A stretch of DNA of 63,559 nucleotides from a virus (lineage: Duplodnaviria; Caudoviricetes), in the IMG/VR virus record IMGVR_UViG_3300044776_000025, positions 1 through 63,559 of that record. One strand, 5' to 3'. The translations under genes and the position numbers were made by a program. The notes below the pieces were generated by a model, which was not told the origin of the DNA, did not search any database, and saw nothing but the letters and a program-made list of their open reading frames with translations. This document shows positions 19,371-29,921 of the stretch, piece by piece (the stretch's first letter is position 1; every line of letters begins with the position of its first letter).

Positions 19371-19756
19371 TAGTATGTTAGAACTTTTAATCCACTTATA
19401 CCATCAGGTGGACGCCTATTGCCCAACCCTTGGCGCAAACTATTAGGTGCCGATAGTTCAAATCCAGCCACAGGGGTCTGATCTGGAGTTGCTGCCTGCA
19501 ATCCTTCCATAGCCTGAGTTGAAGATTGGGTAGGTTCAGTTGGCATTGGAGGCATTTGCATTCCTCCACCCATCCCACCACCCATATCGAAAGCTGGCAT
19601 AGATCTGGATAATCCAGATGTTGGTGCGGGTGCAACTGGTTCTGGTGATCGTCCTTGTAGATAGCCTGGAGCTATATCCTCTTCATCTGACAACTGCCAG
19701 GGAGTTGTTCCAGGAGCTGCCGCAACCCGATGCGTTGGTGCGTATCCGAATCCCAT
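19370..19756 (-). CDS. hypothetical virion protein
   Basis: TAATG-coupled, Pro/Gly/Met-rich. Confidence 0.6.
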   Translation of the reverse strand: MGFGYAPTHRVAAAPGTTPWQLSDEEDIAPGYLQGRSPEPVAPAPTSGLSRSMPAFDMGGGMGGGMQMPPMPTEPTQSSTQAMEGLQAATPDQTPVAGFELSAPNSLRQGLGNRRPPDGISGLKVLTY

Positions 19757-20466
19757 TAGTATAACAACTGTGAAGAGTTAATAACGCCTAGTAAACCTTC
19801 TTGAGCTGCAGCCTGTCGCTGAGCTTCAAGAGCCCTACGCTGTTGTTCAAGAGATAAATCCTGACCACGCTGGGTAATATCACCCTGGTAACCAATTTCG
19901 GCGAAGCGATTCTGTCGGTTCGCTTCTTGGATGGCCTGTTCACGACTGACGTCCCCAAGACCGCCCGCAGCTTGACCAACGATCCGTGCAGTCTCACCGC
20001 CTTCGATGCCTGACCCAAGCATGCCGCGTCCAGCGAGCGCTCCACGTAGCGATGTAAGTGCAGCCCGCGAATTTTGACCAGCTTTATCCTTGGCACGAGC
20101 AAATACGGCTGCCTGGGCTTCAGAATTATCAGGTAATGCAACACGGGGAATCGACGCTCCACCTGGATAACCGGTTCCATACCCACTGCCAGAAGACGAG
20201 CTAGACCCAAGAAGGTTCAGGCCAGAAGCTTCCTGTAAGGCTTTTAGTGCTTCGCCAGCATTGCGACCCTTCTGGGCACCGGTTCGTTGTGTCCTACCTG
20301 TCTCAGGATTATATAACTCGTTCCCAACCTGAGTGCCAATTGCCGTCTCGGTGAATGGAGTAGGTGCCCCTGCTCCTCCAAACCCACCATACGTTGGCCT
20401 CGGAGCGTACGCAGAATACGGTGTCCTAGATGAGTTACTGCCACCAAATGGATTACCAAATGCCAT
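19756..20466 (-). CDS. putative pilot/ejection protein
   Basis: LAGRGMLGSG and QRGQD motifs typical of podovirus DNA-pilot proteins. Confidence 0.55.
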   Translation of the reverse strand: MAFGNPFGGSNSSRTPYSAYAPRPTYGGFGGAGAPTPFTETAIGTQVGNELYNPETGRTQRTGAQKGRNAGEALKALQEASGLNLLGSSSSSGSGYGTGYPGGASIPRVALPDNSEAQAAVFARAKDKAGQNSRAALTSLRGALAGRGMLGSGIEGGETARIVGQAAGGLGDVSREQAIQEANRQNRFAEIGYQGDITQRGQDLSLEQQRRALEAQRQAAAQEGLLGVINSSQLLY

Positions 20467-20468
20467 AA

Positions 20469-23240
20469 TTATCTTCTTCCTACCTCAAAGTATTCGATTT
20501 CATACCCAGTTAAAATGACGTCCTGTCCAGCGGTGTTTTCACGTAGACGGAGTTGTAAGTGTTTGCCGACTCCAATCCTGCGGAGTCGCTGTCTTGCTAG
20601 TGTCAATCTATAGGATAATGGGGTATCCATTGCGGCGTTCAACTCACCCGTACTTGGAGTAATCTGGAGTGTCCCAGCCGCTTGAGCAATCCCAAAGAAT
20701 GTTGGCTGACCCCAATACTTGTCGATATCTGGAGTATCACCAGAATGTCGCATAGTTGTGATGTCGAAATCTATTGCTGTCGATGTTCCATCGGTGCGAG
20801 TTGTTTGATCTTTCCAGAGGAACCCGTTTGTGCTACCAATTAGTGGGATATATCGATCACTAGAACTAGTGCCGAATCCTGCACTAATAGGTGAAAATTC
20901 CCCCGTCTTGTGCGGTCCCCACCAAGTGTCTGTCCCGATGTTGTATTCAACCCAACGGTCCTCAACGCTAGACCCTGCCGATGCAAGAAACAATCGGTAT
21001 GTATTCTGGATTGGGTCCACAGTTGCGAAGGCAAACGAGAACCGATCTCGATTGAAGTAAGTATCCGTATTGAACCACGATCGGACCTTGTTGTCGCTAA
21101 GGGATTTGATACCCTCAGAATTCCACTTATAGACCCCAGTCTTCGCTAGGAAGTATGCTGTATCGTTCCAGATGATTACTGTTTCCTGTGACTCGACACC
21201 AACCGTCTCACTGAGAACAACGTTCCTGAAGTCTTGATTGCTAGTACCTGTGACCTGGTGTAGACTATCTCTACGACCAATACCGAGAGCATCTCTTCGG
21301 GCTAGGAATGCTGTTATACCGCGTGTATCCTGACCTTTCCTACCGATTAGAATACTGTTCGTGTTCGGCCATGCATAGATGACTCCAGCTTCGCTATATC
21401 GTGCGAAGTCTACATCAGCTCTATCGACTCCCCAAATTCGTTCGCGCCACGATGCCACAAGCGAGAGATTCGGGGCTGTCCCAAGTGTGGGAGCCGCCAG
21501 GATCTCTAGCGCGGCATCAGGCGTGTCGTCAGAGACGGAGCTAGTCAAGACATTTCCATCTACCTCAATCCAGGAGAAGTAAGTATCACCATCTGTTGTG
21601 GTACGATAAATATTGCTTCCGGTTACGCTATCATCATCCGGCGATATGTTCAGAGACTCGGCATTCAGGGTATCCGCTGATGCTGCGAATGCGGTCTCCA
21701 TCAATGGGCTATAGTCGGACTCTGTAATGATATTCCCAGTATAATCGCGGACCACAAACGTCTGTAGGGCTTTATAGTTTCCTGTGAGCCCCCCAGCACC
21801 GCCATCATCATCGATAACGATTGAGCGAACTGGAGGCAGCAAGCTTAGAGGATATACGATTCCATCAGCATCGATTAACAGGGGACGACTAGGCGTATTC
21901 ACGACAACCACGAACTTGTCGTAGATCGCGAATCTAGGCGGTCGAGAATTATCCAGTGTGATGCCATCAGGGATGAACAGATCGTTCAGTGTCCCTGCTT
22001 GATTCAGTAGCTGGAGTTCATTATCCCCCTGCAGAACAATGAACGACGATGTGGCTCCAAATGACGATCCGGACCCCGATGCCTTGAAGAAGCCGAATGA
22101 CGATTCGTTAGCGGATGCCGTCGTAAACGACGTCCACGAGGAGCCATCAGCGCTATAGTGACTCTTCGTCTGAGCATACCCAATAGCAAATATCTTACTA
22201 TTCGTAGCATACAAAAGACCAAGACCACCTACTGCCGTTGGTGTATACGTCAGGACTGTCGCCCACGTAGTCCCATCTGACGATCGTCTGATACCGGAAT
22301 CCGTGCCTGTCATGTGGTCCCAGTGTACATACAGCTTACCCTGATAAAAAATTATTGAGTCTGCACCAGAGCTTGCTCCACCTGTATCTACAGCACTATA
22401 TACACCTGCAGTCGATCTCTGGTAAACTTTGCTGGCTGTTACTGATGGGGTATTCTCTGCCATGTACAGCAGACCATTTAACGAGGCTAATCCATCTAAA
22501 CTGTAATCAACTCCACCTGTGTAATCCAAGGTCCATGCAGTTGTTGTAGTCGCGGTATCAAGGCGAATCCGATATATTGTAGATGCACTGCCACTCTTCG
22601 TACATGTTGCGAACAAATCATTCTGATGCAGCAGGAGTTGGTGTGGAATATAACTAGATGGCAGCGCGGCTCCAATCTGTGTAAGCTGTCCAACCGAGTT
22701 TACTGCATAGACAAAACCGTCTGTGCCAATCTGAACTGAAGCGTATAGTGTTCCCTTGGCCACACTGAGCCAGATCATGAACGTAGCGTCGATGTCTGAG
22801 AACAGAGCGTCCTGCACGCCATCGAACACTCGAATCCCTGTTCCTGATGCGTAATATAATCTTCCGTTCAGCATCACGCTGCCAACACCTGCATCGACTG
22901 CCGCTAATGTTGTAATAGTCGCTGATGTACTGAAGCTATTCGTTGACTTGAACCACGAACCCGCAGCATTCGAAAGGTAGTACACGGTAGCATCATCAGT
23001 CCCAGAGCCTGGTCCTGGACCGAGTATCGCGTTCGCAAACCCTAGAATTGAACCGTTCGCTGCAACAGTGTTATGTTTTGTTAGACCGTTCCGCTTCCTG
23101 AGAGCCCCATCATACCCGTGCTGATCTCTACTAGCATTCTGAGCAGACACAAGTTCCCCGTCTTCAAGATGCAACGGAGATTTATCCACATTGACGCCTT
23201 GAGAGCCAAGGTTGAAAACATTTAGTTTGCTATCAGCCAT
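20469..23240 (-). CDS. tail nozzle/stabilization protein (P22 gp10 / tubular protein B-like) with extra beta-propeller domain
   Basis: 923 aa; GALRKRNG near the N-terminus; beta-propeller composition; follows the head-tail adaptor. Confidence 0.7.
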   Translation of the reverse strand: MADSKLNVFNLGSQGVNVDKSPLHLEDGELVSAQNASRDQHGYDGALRKRNGLTKHNTVAANGSILGFANAILGPGPGSGTDDATVYYLSNAAGSWFKSTNSFSTSATITTLAAVDAGVGSVMLNGRLYYASGTGIRVFDGVQDALFSDIDATFMIWLSVAKGTLYASVQIGTDGFVYAVNSVGQLTQIGAALPSSYIPHQLLLHQNDLFATCTKSGSASTIYRIRLDTATTTTAWTLDYTGGVDYSLDGLASLNGLLYMAENTPSVTASKVYQRSTAGVYSAVDTGGASSGADSIIFYQGKLYVHWDHMTGTDSGIRRSSDGTTWATVLTYTPTAVGGLGLLYATNSKIFAIGYAQTKSHYSADGSSWTSFTTASANESSFGFFKASGSGSSFGATSSFIVLQGDNELQLLNQAGTLNDLFIPDGITLDNSRPPRFAIYDKFVVVVNTPSRPLLIDADGIVYPLSLLPPVRSIVIDDDGGAGGLTGNYKALQTFVVRDYTGNIITESDYSPLMETAFAASADTLNAESLNISPDDDSVTGSNIYRTTTDGDTYFSWIEVDGNVLTSSVSDDTPDAALEILAAPTLGTAPNLSLVASWRERIWGVDRADVDFARYSEAGVIYAWPNTNSILIGRKGQDTRGITAFLARRDALGIGRRDSLHQVTGTSNQDFRNVVLSETVGVESQETVIIWNDTAYFLAKTGVYKWNSEGIKSLSDNKVRSWFNTDTYFNRDRFSFAFATVDPIQNTYRLFLASAGSSVEDRWVEYNIGTDTWWGPHKTGEFSPISAGFGTSSSDRYIPLIGSTNGFLWKDQTTRTDGTSTAIDFDITTMRHSGDTPDIDKYWGQPTFFGIAQAAGTLQITPSTGELNAAMDTPLSYRLTLARQRLRRIGVGKHLQLRLRENTAGQDVILTGYEIEYFEVGRR

Positions 23241-23340
23241 TAAGATTTTTGCAGAATTAGGTAGAGCAGTATATAGATTGGTGTAAGAGCAATTATTCCC
23301 ATGCTAACCCAAAAAACGATATACCAAGTATACTGAGACA

Positions 23341-23613
23341 TTAGTGCTTCACTACAGTACCATATTCGACCATGAAATCCATCAAGATTCGACTAATTTC
23401 CTTAGCATTGTGGGCTGCATCTTCAGGAGTTGCATCCTTTACTGCCATCTTCAACACTTGATCAAGAGTAGTAAACAATGCCGAGAGAATATCTGCTGTA
23501 GTTGTAACATCAGGAATACATGTTTGCTCGACCGCAGAACTTATTGCCGCGAGTAACTGCCCAACCATTGCTGGGTCAGCTTCTGGCTTCTCATAATTCG
23601 GGTCATTCAACAT
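23341..23613 (-). CDS. hypothetical protein
   Basis: GGGG RBS before MLNDPNYE. Confidence 0.6.
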   Translation of the reverse strand: MLNDPNYEKPEADPAMVGQLLAAISSAVEQTCIPDVTTTADILSALFTTLDQVLKMAVKDATPEDAAHNAKEISRILMDFMVEYGTVVKH

Positions 23614-23614
23614 G

Positions 23615-24670
23615 TTACCCCCAATAATCTTCCCATACTGCGTCAACGTACGAAGGCTCTTGATCTTCTCTTAGGCCAAGAGATTGTAGAAGGTGTTGCT
23701 TCTCGGTTGCGTAGATTGCTAGCCAACCTGGGTCAGGTGATCTATCTTCTCGTTCCTTAGCTCTAGCAAATGCTACAGCCCAGGCTACAACCGCATTGTC
23801 GGATTCACCTGGAATGGGGTTATTTGAGGCCGAAGTTAGGGCTGCAAGGGTTGGCACGTAAGCGAATGAAATCGCCACTGCTGCTGTCACCTTTGGAGCA
23901 ATGTAAATTACTGGTGCTCCTACTGGTCCACCACCACCTGATATTGAGTAATATAAAACTGCGTTGGATGGATCAATTGCAGCCATTGTCCTAGCTGCCT
24001 GAGTGTAGGGATGATTATAATCCCTTGGAGTAAACTTCAACCCAGCATTACTTTGGTTCTCTCCACCATTAACAGGTTCAATTAGATGAACCTTATGGAT
24101 ATCAGTTGGGAGGCCAGTTAGTGTTCCAGTGTTTGCTGCAAGTGTGACATTTATTGGGTCAACAGTGAAGAAATGTTCACCCTTTAAATCTGTGATGTCC
24201 CGCCAAAGATCTCTAATACCAGTATTGATATGTCCAATCAGTTCAGCAGATGACCAGAATGGTGAATCAAGTCCAGATGTATTAACGGTTGGAGCAGTTG
24301 TGGTATCCCCTGTGAATCCTGTATCGTCGAATGTGGTGACTGCGCCAACGGTTGCGATACGACCGATAGTAGCTGGTGTTCCACCTGATACAGTTCTATA
24401 GATCCAATATCCAATAGCCCCAGTAACTGCTGTCCAAGTTAGACGATTGAAGTTAACTCCAGTTAGAGTTGCATTTCCAGTAGTTGTTGAACCCGCTGCC
24501 CCCGCTTCAGTCGAACCATTAGCATTAAGTGCTACAAGTTTGTATGTCCACGTAGCCGCACCAGGAGTTCCTTGAGGCGATACTGTGATCGCCCCAGGAG
24601 TTGATAGTGCAGCCGATTCCATCAATCGGAATCGTACGAGTGTTTCAATATCAGAGAGAAGTGTTGCCAT
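23615..24670 (-). CDS. head-tail adaptor (tubular protein A-like) with inserted Ig/FnIII-like domain
   Basis: TLLSDIETLVRFRL...WSSAELIGHINTG adaptor halves interrupted by an LTWTAVTGAIGYWIYRT domain. Confidence 0.65.
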   Translation of the reverse strand: MATLLSDIETLVRFRLMESAALSTPGAITVSPQGTPGAATWTYKLVALNANGSTEAGAAGSTTTGNATLTGVNFNRLTWTAVTGAIGYWIYRTVSGGTPATIGRIATVGAVTTFDDTGFTGDTTTAPTVNTSGLDSPFWSSAELIGHINTGIRDLWRDITDLKGEHFFTVDPINVTLAANTGTLTGLPTDIHKVHLIEPVNGGENQSNAGLKFTPRDYNHPYTQAARTMAAIDPSNAVLYYSISGGGGPVGAPVIYIAPKVTAAVAISFAYVPTLAALTSASNNPIPGESDNAVVAWAVAFARAKEREDRSPDPGWLAIYATEKQHLLQSLGLREDQEPSYVDAVWEDYWG

Positions 24671-24701
24671 TATGTTGTAGTTAAGTTAGTGGGGATGCCT
24701 A

Positions 24702-25022
24702 TTATGTTGTGAAGATGCTGCATTGAATCTGTCCAACAAATCCGATATCGACCGTCAGTGTAATACGCTCATTAACACCAAGTGTTATTTGAGTCGGTAT
24801 TCCAAATGTTTGAAAGTTACTATTTTCGGTTGAGAGTGCGACTTGTTGAGTATGAAGATCCGCAGAATTGGTAGCATTTCTATGATGGAGTGTTAACTGA
24901 CAAGCGACCGTTGAATAACACCAAAAGGTTGGAACGAACGGAATTGCCGGTAGAGCACCAGTATCTGCTACAATCTGGCCATTCGTGGGATTAGTTATAA
25001 GTCCTGCTGTTGACCATGCCAT
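24702..25022 (-). CDS. virion structural protein
   Basis: Beta-rich ORF in the structural operon. Confidence 0.6.
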   Translation of the reverse strand: MAWSTAGLITNPTNGQIVADTGALPAIPFVPTFWCYSTVACQLTLHHRNATNSADLHTQQVALSTENSNFQTFGIPTQITLGVNERITLTVDIGFVGQIQCSIFTT

Positions 25023-25718
25023 TTAGGTTCCTAAAGGAAGCTGAACTTCGTGCCACCAGACTTGACCTACCCCATTAGATCCAGGTATGGCGGCATTATT
25101 TGAACCAACGATTCCAAAAAGACCACCAGGACGAACAATATATCGCCCCTCAAGCGGAACTTCTTTGTGCAAAGTTAAATCTGCTGTATTTGCTGATATC
25201 AACGTTCTTCCAATTAAATGCCAATCAGTAGTAGAGAAATTCCCAAAATTTCCATTAGTTTCTGCTACTGCTAATCCACCATAATTAATTTTCCCGGATA
25301 ATGATTTAATGGGTAATAGTACATCACCAGGTTTAATGCCAAGACCACCGTCTCTAATATCATCTCTTAATGCCCCCCATATCCCCATAACCAACGAAAC
25401 TGGTGTTGTTGGTGCTGTTGTTAAGCGCACGCTTACAGAATCTATTATGTATGATTTCCCACCTGGCTTCTCTAAGTTCCATAGCTTTACAAATAAAACA
25501 CTGGTAGCTATTGGAACAACGGTACGAAACCCATTTGAGACGTTAGTTCCAACTACAGTCCATGAAGATCTAAGTCTATTTAGCTCTGCTATTGGTGGTA
25601 ACGCTTGAACAACACACAACTCTCCTCGATTATTCGTCTGTGGGGAACCTTGTCCAGTATCTCTACTGAATAATGTCGCAACATTCCGAACGAATCCTCG
25701 TGCTCTCCCATTACGCAC
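25023..25718 (-). CDS. virion structural protein, paralog of 25722-26372
   Basis: Shares RGE-CVVQALPP, PGGKSYIID and WHEVQL-LG with the neighbouring gene. Confidence 0.7.
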   Translation of the reverse strand: MRNGRARGFVRNVATLFSRDTGQGSPQTNNRGELCVVQALPPIAELNRLRSSWTVVGTNVSNGFRTVVPIATSVLFVKLWNLEKPGGKSYIIDSVSVRLTTAPTTPVSLVMGIWGALRDDIRDGGLGIKPGDVLLPIKSLSGKINYGGLAVAETNGNFGNFSTTDWHLIGRTLISANTADLTLHKEVPLEGRYIVRPGGLFGIVGSNNAAIPGSNGVGQVWWHEVQLPLGT

Positions 25719-25721
25719 ATA

Positions 25722-26372
25722 TTATCCAAGAACAAGCTGAACTTCGTGCCAGAAGATGATTGGTGTGCAGACAGCGGTGCCTGCCGCGTTTGCAAGCGAA
25801 GCAAGTGAGAACATGCCCTGTGGCGGAACGATATAGCGACCGTAGACTTGGAACTCAATGTTTAGTGTCAAGTTTGCTGTATTAGCACATACAATCTCAG
25901 TTCCCACTTGATGCCATGCGGAATCGTTTGTAACTGCGGTTGATGCTCGGGTCTGCCCTTTACCGCCATAGAACGCCCTACCGGAGAGTGACTTAATCGC
26001 CAATGCACCAGCAGGATTCGCAATCGGGTTCGTTACGTTCAACTGAGCAGCAAGGCCTAAGTTAATTGCGGCACCAGCAGACGTTGTGATTGACGTTCCA
26101 ACTGCGTCTATGATATAACTTTTGCCGCCTGGATTCTCACCATTCCATAAGGAGAAATGAGCCGTTGTGGTTGGCAATACGGTCACAGGAGCCACTCCTG
26201 TTCCAACCGAAAAATAGCTATTACCAAGTCTTACTAGTTCTGCAGCAGGCGGCAGGGCCTGCACAACACACACCTCACCCCTGGTATTGGCGACAATAGG
26301 ACTATCCGGTCCTTCCGGCCAGTTCGGTGCGGTAAGTCCGCGAATATACGCTAAAATATTAATTTTCGCCAT
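25722..26372 (-). CDS. virion structural protein, paralog of 25023-25718
   Basis: Same shared motifs as the neighbouring gene. Confidence 0.7.
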   Translation of the reverse strand: MAKINILAYIRGLTAPNWPEGPDSPIVANTRGEVCVVQALPPAAELVRLGNSYFSVGTGVAPVTVLPTTTAHFSLWNGENPGGKSYIIDAVGTSITTSAGAAINLGLAAQLNVTNPIANPAGALAIKSLSGRAFYGGKGQTRASTAVTNDSAWHQVGTEIVCANTANLTLNIEFQVYGRYIVPPQGMFSLASLANAAGTAVCTPIIFWHEVQLVLG

Positions 26373-26565
26373 TCCAAAGGTCCTCTGATTGAAATTCGAA
26401 CTCTAGTTCGAGTAATGTTAAAATCTTCGACAGCGTTTGATGCATGTCTGTCAGTAGTTCGATAACAGTATCATCATGAGTCTTAGCTGCCCCGCCATGT
26501 TTTGTCGGGACAATAGTGATTGGTGTCCCATCCGCACTTGTTAGAGGGTCTACTTCGACGCTCAT
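26359..26565 (-). CDS. small hypothetical protein
   Basis: TAATG-coupled ORF. Confidence 0.55.
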   Translation of the reverse strand: MSVEVDPLTSADGTPITIVPTKHGGAAKTHDDTVIELLTDMHQTLSKILTLLELEFEFQSEDLWNGEN

Positions 26566-27758
26566 TACGTACGCTCCACGGCTGTGACTGTTCCAGATGT
26601 CGGATTAATATTCCACCAACCGTTCATGACTACTGTTGAATCAAATGTATATCTTGCTCGCGGCGGTATCACGGCCACATATGTAATATCTGATGCGGCA
26701 AGACCTTCCATTAGATAAAAAGGAGCATCGGTCTGATTAACTAACATACCCTCTTTACGCGATGCATTCGCTGCAAGTAATGTGATCGACTGACGCCATG
26801 CGGGATTCACTTGGGTTGCTGTGACAGTTGATGGAGGCGTACTTCCCCCAAACGAATTGATGAATGCACCAGCCGATGTGACAAGCTGGACGTATGCTGC
26901 ACCGTAATTAGTGGCTCGCTGAGCAATATTGTCGCCATCCGTCGATGTAACTAAAGCCGGGGTATCAGCTCTAACCATGACCGGCATCGTGCCAGTTGGG
27001 TCGGCTGCAGCAGGCACATCTTCGGTGTATTGGGTTCCACCACCAAATGTATCTACAACAGCGCCGGTGGAAGTACGAATTTGAACATCTAGCGCTTGCC
27101 GATCTGCACTCTGATTTGTCGAAGTTATATCAGCGGCTGTTGTGGCACCTTTTGCTCCACCACGAACGATAGATTTCTGTGTGCCGTCTATTTGTGTTGC
27201 TGAAAGAGCCAATGCAGATGTGTTAAGATTCGTTCCAGCATTTGCAGTAACAGCACCATCAACTGTAATCGAGTTACCGCCATCCTGGATATTTACAGCC
27301 GCAGCGCCCGCGCCATTGTTGACTGTGACATCACCAATGTCTACACCTGGTTGAGTCTGTAGAGCCGATGTAGCAGCTCCTATTGGCAAGGGTAGAGAAG
27401 CGGCACTAATAGGCTGTGTGACATCCGAACCATTGACCCAGAGACGATTCTTGTTATCGACAGTGAGTTCGGTACGGTCTAAGTCAGTGTTGACAAGTGT
27501 GGCTGGGACATCTTGCCTAATAACCCCTGCCATAGTGACGATCTCACCGGCTGTGGAAGGTGTGTCCTCGGCATACTGTGTGCCACCACCGAACGATGTG
27601 ATTGCATCGCCATTGGCATCAACAATCTGGACTGCAAGCGGATTACTATCAGTTAAGTCAAAGACCGTCGCTTCAATGGTCGGATTAACCCCATCCTGGA
27701 TAGGGCCACCTCCACCACTGGAGGAGCCGCCTGCACCACTTAAGATAATATCGCCCAT
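26565..27758 (-). CDS. fibre-like structural protein with internal repeats
   Basis: FGGGTQY(A/T)ED repeated; QPISAASLPLPIGAATSA and IQDGGNSITVDG fibre motifs. Confidence 0.7.
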   Translation of the reverse strand: MGDIILSGAGGSSSGGGGPIQDGVNPTIEATVFDLTDSNPLAVQIVDANGDAITSFGGGTQYAEDTPSTAGEIVTMAGVIRQDVPATLVNTDLDRTELTVDNKNRLWVNGSDVTQPISAASLPLPIGAATSALQTQPGVDIGDVTVNNGAGAAAVNIQDGGNSITVDGAVTANAGTNLNTSALALSATQIDGTQKSIVRGGAKGATTAADITSTNQSADRQALDVQIRTSTGAVVDTFGGGTQYTEDVPAAADPTGTMPVMVRADTPALVTSTDGDNIAQRATNYGAAYVQLVTSAGAFINSFGGSTPPSTVTATQVNPAWRQSITLLAANASRKEGMLVNQTDAPFYLMEGLAASDITYVAVIPPRARYTFDSTVVMNGWWNINPTSGTVTAVERT

Positions 27759-28028
27759 TTAATCTCTTGCTAACCAGTTCGCTATGCCAGTTCCGGCACT
27801 CATGCGAACATAAATCAGGTTTAATGAAATGATTGGTAAGGTGATTGCTTGTCCTGGGGTAAGAACAATGAACTGGTTGATAACAGTCCCTACAATGAGA
27901 TTCCCAGCATTTGTCGTGTCACTCTGGATCATGACCTCACGACAAGCTTGAGTTGGATGCAACTGAACTGCTGAAGTTGTGATCCCAGTGAGTTGCCCAG
28001 TGAATAAGCGTCCAGAAACGTATGACAT
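27759..28028 (-). CDS. small beta-rich virion protein
   Basis: VMIQSDTTNAGNLIVG...LTPGQAITLPI pattern. Confidence 0.6.
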   Translation of the reverse strand: MSYVSGRLFTGQLTGITTSAVQLHPTQACREVMIQSDTTNAGNLIVGTVINQFIVLTPGQAITLPIISLNLIYVRMSAGTGIANWLARD

Positions 28029-28173
28029 TAGAACCAGTCACTGATAACTGCTAGGATTAATCTGAAATATCGTTTGAGACGTTGCCAGCGGGTGAAATGC
28101 GGTTCCGACAGATGCAGCACGAGTTGATCATCCTCTGAAGCTAATACCCCGGTGGCATCTTCATGAAGCCGCA

Positions 28174-28617
28174 TTATAGCAAATGTTCTGCGCCGATTGA
28201 GAAGGTTAGCGTAGCCGTGCCAACAACAACTGTGATTCGCCATGAAGTGCTGACGAAATCGTTAGCTGTAGTGTTTGTAGTAGCGATACCTGCTACTGCC
28301 GGTAATCCTGGGTAAATAGTAAGCGTTCTTGATTGGTTGCCTGTCCAAGCAGGGCTGACGCCTGTTAGAATGTTGACCCAGTTGTCAGAGTTAGGGTCAC
28401 GAACCTGGACTTGCACAGTCGCAGTTCCAGCACCGGCATCAGCGCTGGAGAAGTATAGCCGAATTCCTTTACAATTCGGATTATAGATTTCATCCGATGT
28501 ATAGGTTGCCTGAATTCTTGCGGCTGAGGCAAAAATAATTCCATCAGGTGTGCCACTACTGACACCAGCAGACGGCTGTGGCGAAGGGACTGGTTGGTTT
28601 TGGTGGCGATCACCCAT
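28174..28617 (-). CDS. virion structural protein
   Basis: AAGGA RBS; LTIYPG...WRITVV...FSIGA pattern. Confidence 0.65.
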   Translation of the reverse strand: MGDRHQNQPVPSPQPSAGVSSGTPDGIIFASAARIQATYTSDEIYNPNCKGIRLYFSSADAGAGTATVQVQVRDPNSDNWVNILTGVSPAWTGNQSRTLTIYPGLPAVAGIATTNTTANDFVSTSWRITVVVGTATLTFSIGAEHLL

Positions 28618-28631
28618 TGTTATTCCTTAAG

Positions 28632-28661
28632 AAAAGGAAGGGGGATTACTCCCCCATTCCA
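28632..28661 (-). terminator. probable intrinsic terminator
   Basis: Minus strand GGGGGAGTAATCCCCC hairpin followed by TTCCTTTT. Confidence 0.55.
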
Positions 28662-29264
28662 TTAGAGAATCGTTGCAATACCACGGATTGGATACAGTGT
28701 GTATTCCACCGTATATGGAGTAGTTTCCGTTAATGAGCCGGTTGGTTGGAGTTTATATGTTACAATGTTGGCAACAGACACGTCGGCAGTGAATGCAAGC
28801 GTCAAGGTGCCTGCAGAAACCGACTTTGCTTCGTTTGCTGCCACATATGTGATAGCACCAACCACAACAGTCGCCTTAGCTTCAGCGGAGTATGTGAAGA
28901 TGCCAGCGATCACCTGGAAATCGGTTCCATCTGATGCTCGGACAAGGAAATTGCCCGACCCACCAATCATTGTCGAGGCAGCCACTGGGACTGAGAACAA
29001 TGCAGTAGCTGCACCATCAACGATGGTTTTAGCCGCAGAATTCAATAGTACTTTCTGCGTGCCTGCGATATCCACAAGACCAGCACTATCGCCGATGACC
29101 CGGATAGTCCCGTTCGCGTTAATCTTCAGTGTGTTATCTACTTTATCGTAAGCGATGCCTGCAGCATCCGGTAGATTACGGATCTTAGAAGTTCCAGTCG
29201 CGTCGTTTGCGATTGCCGTAGTTGGCGTAGCGCCAAACTCTTTGTCAATAAATCTAATTGCCAT
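28662..29264 (-). CDS. virion structural (decoration-like) protein
   Basis: Ala/Thr-rich beta protein downstream of the capsid gene. Confidence 0.6.
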   Translation of the reverse strand: MAIRFIDKEFGATPTTAIANDATGTSKIRNLPDAAGIAYDKVDNTLKINANGTIRVIGDSAGLVDIAGTQKVLLNSAAKTIVDGAATALFSVPVAASTMIGGSGNFLVRASDGTDFQVIAGIFTYSAEAKATVVVGAITYVAANEAKSVSAGTLTLAFTADVSVANIVTYKLQPTGSLTETTPYTVEYTLYPIRGIATIL

Positions 29265-29324
29265 GTAGGGGTGTCCTTAAAATGAGAGGGTAGCCCCTGC
29301 CACCCTCTCGGAGTTTACCGAATA

Positions 29325-29828
29325 TTACGCACCAACGATAATGAAGCCATCTGTTGCATCAGCAGCAGACGATTCAGTTGCACCACCGACAGCAGTTGCT
29401 GCTGAGATAACAACGTCAGTTGCAATCGCCACCCCGTTTGGATGAACGAAAATGAACTGGTTGCCAGTCAACTTGACTAGTGCTGTATCAACAGTCGTAG
29501 TCGTTGCCGAGTTGTCAGCCGCATCGTGGATTGCCTGGAAACTTGCAGTCGTTCCAGATGTTCTACGTGCTTTACCATACCATAGATACAATGTGCAAGC
29601 TCCACCAACTAAGGACGTTCCTAAGTTAGTTACTGCCTGCTCTGCAGTATATGGTAGAAACTGCAGATCTGGGTTATTCTTATTCGCAGCGAGGAACAAG
29701 AAAAACGATTTGATTGCATAGAAATGATATGGACTGACCGTGTTGGTCGTTGTGCCCGTACCAGTGCCATACACCGCGTTGTATGCCTTCTGCCGGACAA
29801 GATTCGCATTCACAAGAGCTAAAGCCAT
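29325..29828 (-). CDS. capsid decoration-like protein
   Basis: Ala/Thr-rich, close behind the major capsid gene. Confidence 0.55.
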   Translation of the reverse strand: MALALVNANLVRQKAYNAVYGTGTGTTTNTVSPYHFYAIKSFFLFLAANKNNPDLQFLPYTAEQAVTNLGTSLVGGACTLYLWYGKARRTSGTTASFQAIHDAADNSATTTTVDTALVKLTGNQFIFVHPNGVAIATDVVISAATAVGGATESSAADATDGFIIVGA

Positions 29829-29921
29829 TTGAATTACCTAAACCCTCATACACTGAGGGAAGCGTCCCAACAATTTACACTGGTTGAGATCAGCGACCTG
29901 TTGTCAAAGGTAGCAACAGGA

